39,170 nt of DNA from a virus (lineage: Duplodnaviria > Caudoviricetes), in IMG/VR virus record IMGVR_UViG_3300033417_000031, positions 1 to 39,170 of that record. One strand, written 5' to 3'. How positions within the stretch are numbered: position 1 is the stretch's first letter; each line of letters opens with the position of its first letter. Both the position numbers and the translations under genes were made by a program. The notes below the pieces were generated by a model. It was not told the DNA's origin. It was given only the letters and a program-made list of their open reading frames with translations, and searched no databases. Positions 36,056 to 39,170 of the stretch are shown here, piece by piece.

Positions 36056-36341
36056 GGGAGCGAGAGCGACCTTCGGCGCGCGGGGGATGCAGAGCATCGG
36101 AGCGGAGCTCGGGAGTGCGGCCCAGCGCCGAGGTTGGTTCATCCGGCAATTTCTCGGATTGCGCAATTCCCAGAGCCGTGTCGGTGAATCTAGCGTCGGT
36201 CATACCGGCTTGGCCTTCGAGATTTGCCAGGAAGGCAAATCGGCCGCGCAGGCGCTCGATCTCATCGGCCAATTCGTTGATAAAATATCCTGCCGTCGTT
36301 CGGCGGTCCCATGCACGCGCTCTGAACACCATATCTGTCAC
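36045..36341 (-). CDS. Hypothetical protein
   Basis: ELADEIERLR motif common in phage early proteins; coupled GTG start. Confidence 0.6.
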   Translation of the reverse strand: MTDMVFRARAWDRRTTAGYFINELADEIERLRGRFAFLANLEGQAGMTDARFTDTALGIAQSEKLPDEPTSALGRTPELRSDALHPPRAEGRSRSHGR

Positions 36342-36502
36342 GACTTTCCCCCGGTCGCGTAGCGATCCGCCCGGGCCTGGAGAGCGCGAGCGAGCGCGAG
36401 CGCCGTCTCCGGCAGGGAACGATTGAACTCGACGGCCAGAGCCGCCAGCTCGGTCCCCGTCTCGAACAGGTCCAAGAGGCGCTGGGCGTCGGCTTCACTC
36501 AT
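36338..36502 (-). CDS. Small hypothetical protein (54 aa, below the ORF-track cut-off)
   Basis: MSEADAQRLLDLFETGTELAALAVEFNRSLPETALALARALQARADRYATGGKS; overlaps both neighbours in coupled fashion. Confidence 0.6.
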   Translation of the reverse strand: MSEADAQRLLDLFETGTELAALAVEFNRSLPETALALARALQARADRYATGGKS

Positions 36503-36950
36503 CGCCGCAGTTCCAGATGGACGGCTCGCGGCGCTTGGCGAGGCCCTCGAGGGCGTTCAGATAACCACGGCAATGGCGCAGCTTCTTGCGGTCCGCCGGA
36601 TAAGCGAAGCCGAACTCGGCATCGGGCTCGATCGGGACGCCCTTGTGGCAGAAGAATGCGCCGCCCTGGCGCAGGGAGTCGATCAGCGTGATCCACTTCT
36701 CGCGATCCTGCTGCTCGTTCGAGCCGGGCCGGAAGGCGCAGTTGTTGCACGGCTCGCGGAACGAGCAATGCGGATCGCTGGTGTCCCAGATCTGCGCCGG
36801 ATCGAACGGCTCCCAGATCGCCTTGCAGTTGCGGCATGAAGCCATACCGGGTCCGTATCCTTCGACGACCATGGTGGGCCCGAAGGCTACTTTGCGGCAG
36901 CCGCACTTGGGGCATTGCTTGGTCGAGCCGCGAAGATACCGGTCGCTCAC
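36495..36950 (-). CDS. Cys-rich putative zinc-binding protein
   Basis: CPKC, CRNC, PCNNCAFR, FFCHK, CRGY. Confidence 0.7.
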   Translation of the reverse strand: MSDRYLRGSTKQCPKCGCRKVAFGPTMVVEGYGPGMASCRNCKAIWEPFDPAQIWDTSDPHCSFREPCNNCAFRPGSNEQQDREKWITLIDSLRQGGAFFCHKGVPIEPDAEFGFAYPADRKKLRHCRGYLNALEGLAKRREPSIWNCGDE

Positions 36951-37042
36951 GGGTGCTTCACCAGCGCGACGACGACCGCGACGACCACGAGCGCCCACAC
37001 GATCCACCACTCGCCGACTTTGTTGCGCGTCGGGCGCGGCAT
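36947..37042 (-). CDS. 31-aa single-TM peptide
   Basis: MPRPTRNKVGEWWIVWALVVVAVVVALVKHP; start and stop overlap the neighbouring genes. Confidence 0.55.
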   Translation of the reverse strand: MPRPTRNKVGEWWIVWALVVVAVVVALVKHP

Positions 37043-37149
37043 CACGAGACACCGACCAGGCCGGCCCAGACGACCGCCCAGGTGACGAGCGCGGCGACCA
37101 AGAGCGCGATCAGGACGCGGCCGATCGGCCAGGCATCAGGTTGGTACAT
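37042..37149 (-). CDS. 35-aa single-TM peptide
   Basis: MYQPDAWPIGRVLIALLVAALVTWAVVWAGLVGVS; GGAG RBS. Confidence 0.6.
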   Translation of the reverse strand: MYQPDAWPIGRVLIALLVAALVTWAVVWAGLVGVS

Positions 37150-37160
37150 GGGAATCTCCG

Positions 37161-37376
37161 TCAGATGAGGCCGAGCCACCGGCCGAGTTCGACCGCCGCT
37201 ATGGCGGCGAGGGCGATCGCGATCCAGGCGACGAGCGCCGCCTGCGCGATCGCCAGCGCATCGCAGGATTGGGTGGAGCGGGCCCAAGGTGCTGCCCCTT
37301 GGCATCGACGGGAGGGGGGAACCTCCGCCCGGGGGTGGGACCGGGCTGATCGATGGCGCTGGCGGCCCGCAGTCAT
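37161..37376 (-). CDS. Small protein with a C-terminal TM helix
   Basis: ATG overlaps the HTH gene stop; hydrophobic C-terminus. Confidence 0.5.
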   Translation of the reverse strand: MTAGRQRHRSARSHPRAEVPPSRRCQGAAPWARSTQSCDALAIAQAALVAWIAIALAAIAAVELGRWLGLI

Positions 37377-37801
37377 ACCGAGACCTCGCCGGGCCTCGGG
37401 TCGGTGACGCAGCGGCCAGGCCTGATGCCGCCCTTCGCCTTGGCGAGTGCCTGATTCGCTTCCGCCGTGTGCCGGGCGACGTTGTTCAGGCCGTCGAGCT
37501 GGTGGGCCTCGAGCTGGCGGGCGTGGCGCATCAGCTCGAGCACGCGCGCGGTCGAGGGGATCGGTGCCTCGGGCAGGCCGTCGGCAAAGAAGTGGGCGAG
37601 CGGCACGCCGAACAGGGCGGCGGCCAGCGCCAAGCGCGAGGCCGTCAGCGGCGTCTCGCCGCGCTCGACCTTCTGCACCGCCTGGTAGGTGACGCCGAAG
37701 GCACGGCCGAGCCGCTGCTGGCTCCAGCCCCTCGCCTCACGCAGCTCGCGCAAGGCGGCGCCAGCGAAGGCATCGACCAAATTGGGCGGGGATTGCGGCA
37801 T
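37373..37801 (-). CDS. XRE-family HTH regulator
   Basis: LRELREARGWSQQRLG..FGVTYQAVQKVERG; GGAG RBS. Confidence 0.88.
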   Translation of the reverse strand: MPQSPPNLVDAFAGAALRELREARGWSQQRLGRAFGVTYQAVQKVERGETPLTASRLALAAALFGVPLAHFFADGLPEAPIPSTARVLELMRHARQLEAHQLDGLNNVARHTAEANQALAKAKGGIRPGRCVTDPRPGEVSV

Positions 37802-37860
37802 GGTGACTCCCTGAAAGGGCGGTTGCGGGCGCAAGGCCGGGATGCAACCGAGTCGGTCTG

Positions 37861-37954
37861 ATTACACCGTGGAAGTGTTAACCCTGTCAAGATGAAAACA
37901 CATGCTAAGTGTTATTCGGCTGCAACGCTCGCGCGAAAACGCACCTAGCGTGTT
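37861..37954 (-). promoter_or_regulatory. Leftward early promoter with three operators (PL/OL-like)
   Basis: TTGACA on the minus strand at 37885-37890 with TGTAAT 18 nt downstream; AACAC-N7-GTGTT-type sites at 37863-37879, 37897-37913 and 37938-37954. Confidence 0.75.
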
Positions 37955-38037
37955 GGAACGAGCCGAGATCTGGCGCTATGCTAAGGACCGGCCGGTTGCG
38001 TTGCCGGCGGAGTCTTTCAGCGGGAAGGCGCTTCGAT

Positions 38038-38436
38038 ATGGCAAAGATTGCCCGACCGATGCCGCGGCGGACGAGGATTATCCACAGCAAAGTGGTGGGG
38101 GTTACCCAACGCAACCGGGACGGCACCGATCGGCAGCGCATCATCGCCGACGGTTGCCAGGTGGGCGAAGAGCTGACGCTCTTGCCCGAGCCGGACAACC
38201 CGGTCGATCGCTACGCGATCAGGCTATGCCGGGAAAACGGCGACCAGATCGGCTACATGACGCGCGAGCTGGCCTACGAGTTCATGACCGAGATCGACGA
38301 CGATTTGAAGATCGGTGTATGGATCACGGAGCTGACCGGCGGGACGCCCGACAAGCCGTCGCGCGGCGTCAACATTGAAATTCACCTAATCCCGATGACC
38401 GACGAGGAACGTCAGGCGGCGTCCGCGAGCACGTGA
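38038..38436 (+). CDS. HIRAN domain protein
   Basis: KVVGVT..N.DG..RQ, L.PEPDNPVD.YAI, QIGY. Confidence 0.85.
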   Translation: MAKIARPMPRRTRIIHSKVVGVTQRNRDGTDRQRIIADGCQVGEELTLLPEPDNPVDRYAIRLCRENGDQIGYMTRELAYEFMTEIDDDLKIGVWITELTGGTPDKPSRGVNIEIHLIPMTDEERQAASAST

Positions 38437-39038
38437 TCGCGAGGCAAGGCAACCGCCCGGGCAGCGCCGACCACCGGCATGTCCTCGAGCGCGGGTGCAT
38501 TGGTCCAGTCGAGGGTGAAATGGTCGGGCGCGCTGCCGCGCCTAAGGCGCTTGACGAATAGGCGACCGTCCGCGAGCTTGACGACGCAGCGGTGGCCGAC
38601 GAGCTCGTCGGGCACGCCATCAAGCCGATGATCGAAGAAGACGATGTCACCGTTCTCGATCTCCGGGTAGAGCGAGTCGTCGACGACCTCGAGCGCCGCC
38701 ATCCAGGCCGCGTCCATGACGGTGGGGCATCGCACCTGATCAAGGGAGTGCTCCTCCGGATCGCGCTCGTAGAAGAGCACTTCACCACCGCGTCCCGGCC
38801 GGCCGATGACTTCGACGAGATGCGGCTCGCTGATGAGATCCTCGGGCGCCGTCCCAGGAAAAGCCGGCGCCAGGCGCCTGGCCCATTCCCAGGTCATGGC
38901 ATCCTGGTCGTAGCATAGCCGGTGCACGTGCTGTTGCGAGGTGGGCGGCCGCGCCGCCAGCGCGATCTTATCCTGCGTCAAGCCGCTCAGTTTCTTGTGG
39001 CGGCGCCAGAGGACTCCGAAGCGGCTCAGTTCCTTCAT
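38412..39038 (-). CDS. CI-like repressor (HTH plus S24 peptidase domain)
   Basis: GLTQ..IA.....SQQHV.RL HTH; V..DSLYP...GD.V and FVKRL catalytic motifs; start MKELSR is inferred. Confidence 0.85.
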   Translation of the reverse strand: MKELSRFGVLWRRHKKLSGLTQDKIALAARPPTSQQHVHRLCYDQDAMTWEWARRLAPAFPGTAPEDLISEPHLVEVIGRPGRGGEVLFYERDPEEHSLDQVRCPTVMDAAWMAALEVVDDSLYPEIENGDIVFFDHRLDGVPDELVGHRCVVKLADGRLFVKRLRRGSAPDHFTLDWTNAPALEDMPVVGAARAVALPRDHVLADAA

Positions 39039-39073
39039 AACCGCGATGCTCGCCACCGCGGCGGTGTCGGTCA

Positions 39074-39170
39074 AACACCCTGTCCGTGTTCCGAGCAAAC
39101 CCGCGTCCTCCCCCGGCCACCAATTTAACACTTGACAGGTGTTTTCTGGAACCCGCAACATTTCGTGTTT
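39074..39170 (+). promoter_or_regulatory. Rightward promoter/operators (PR/OR-like)
   Basis: AACAC-N7-GTGTT at 39074-39090 and 39127-39143; the second contains TTGACA (39132-39137); a GTGTT half-site at 39165-39169. Confidence 0.72.

Larger units (their letters stand above)
1..39170. mobile_element. Temperate siphovirus-type phage genome (partial)
   Basis: Uninterrupted head, tail, lysis, integration and immunity modules with no host housekeeping genes. Confidence 0.97.

Noticed and set aside
37863-39143. Operators as alphaproteobacterial LexA boxes
   Set aside because: That box is a GTTC-N7-GTTC direct repeat; these sites are AACAC-N7-GTGTT palindromes.

Overview
The window is most of the genome of a GC-rich temperate tailed phage with an HK97-type head, a long non-contractile tail and an RcGTA-like tail tip, which suggests an alphaproteobacterial host. 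It begins just upstream of the small terminase. One rightward late region (23-33230) runs through terminase, portal, Clp protease, capsid, a glycosyltransferase/methyltransferase cluster, putative head-surface proteins, neck and tail genes (with a -1 frameshift chaperone), tape measure, tail tip, a block of signal-peptide-bearing proteins and a lysis cassette ending in a lipase. It converges on an apparently intact attP. A leftward early region follows (integrase, excisionase, ASCH, DUF5131, small membrane peptides, HTH), then a HIRAN gene, a CI-like repressor and AACAC-N7-GTGTT operators. Replication and cro genes are outside the window. The most unusual signal is a family of eight dispersed inverted-repeat elements (ACCACAGAGRCACAGAG - variable spacer - CTCTGTGYCTCTGTGGT). 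They occur only at late-gene junctions, three pairs bracket single genes, and most are crossed by a reading frame whose start codon overlaps the upstream stop. Also notable are a possible virion glycosylation system, with Ser-Pro motifs in structural proteins, and phage-type structural proteins that carry export signals. All product calls come from motif recognition by eye; no database search was run.
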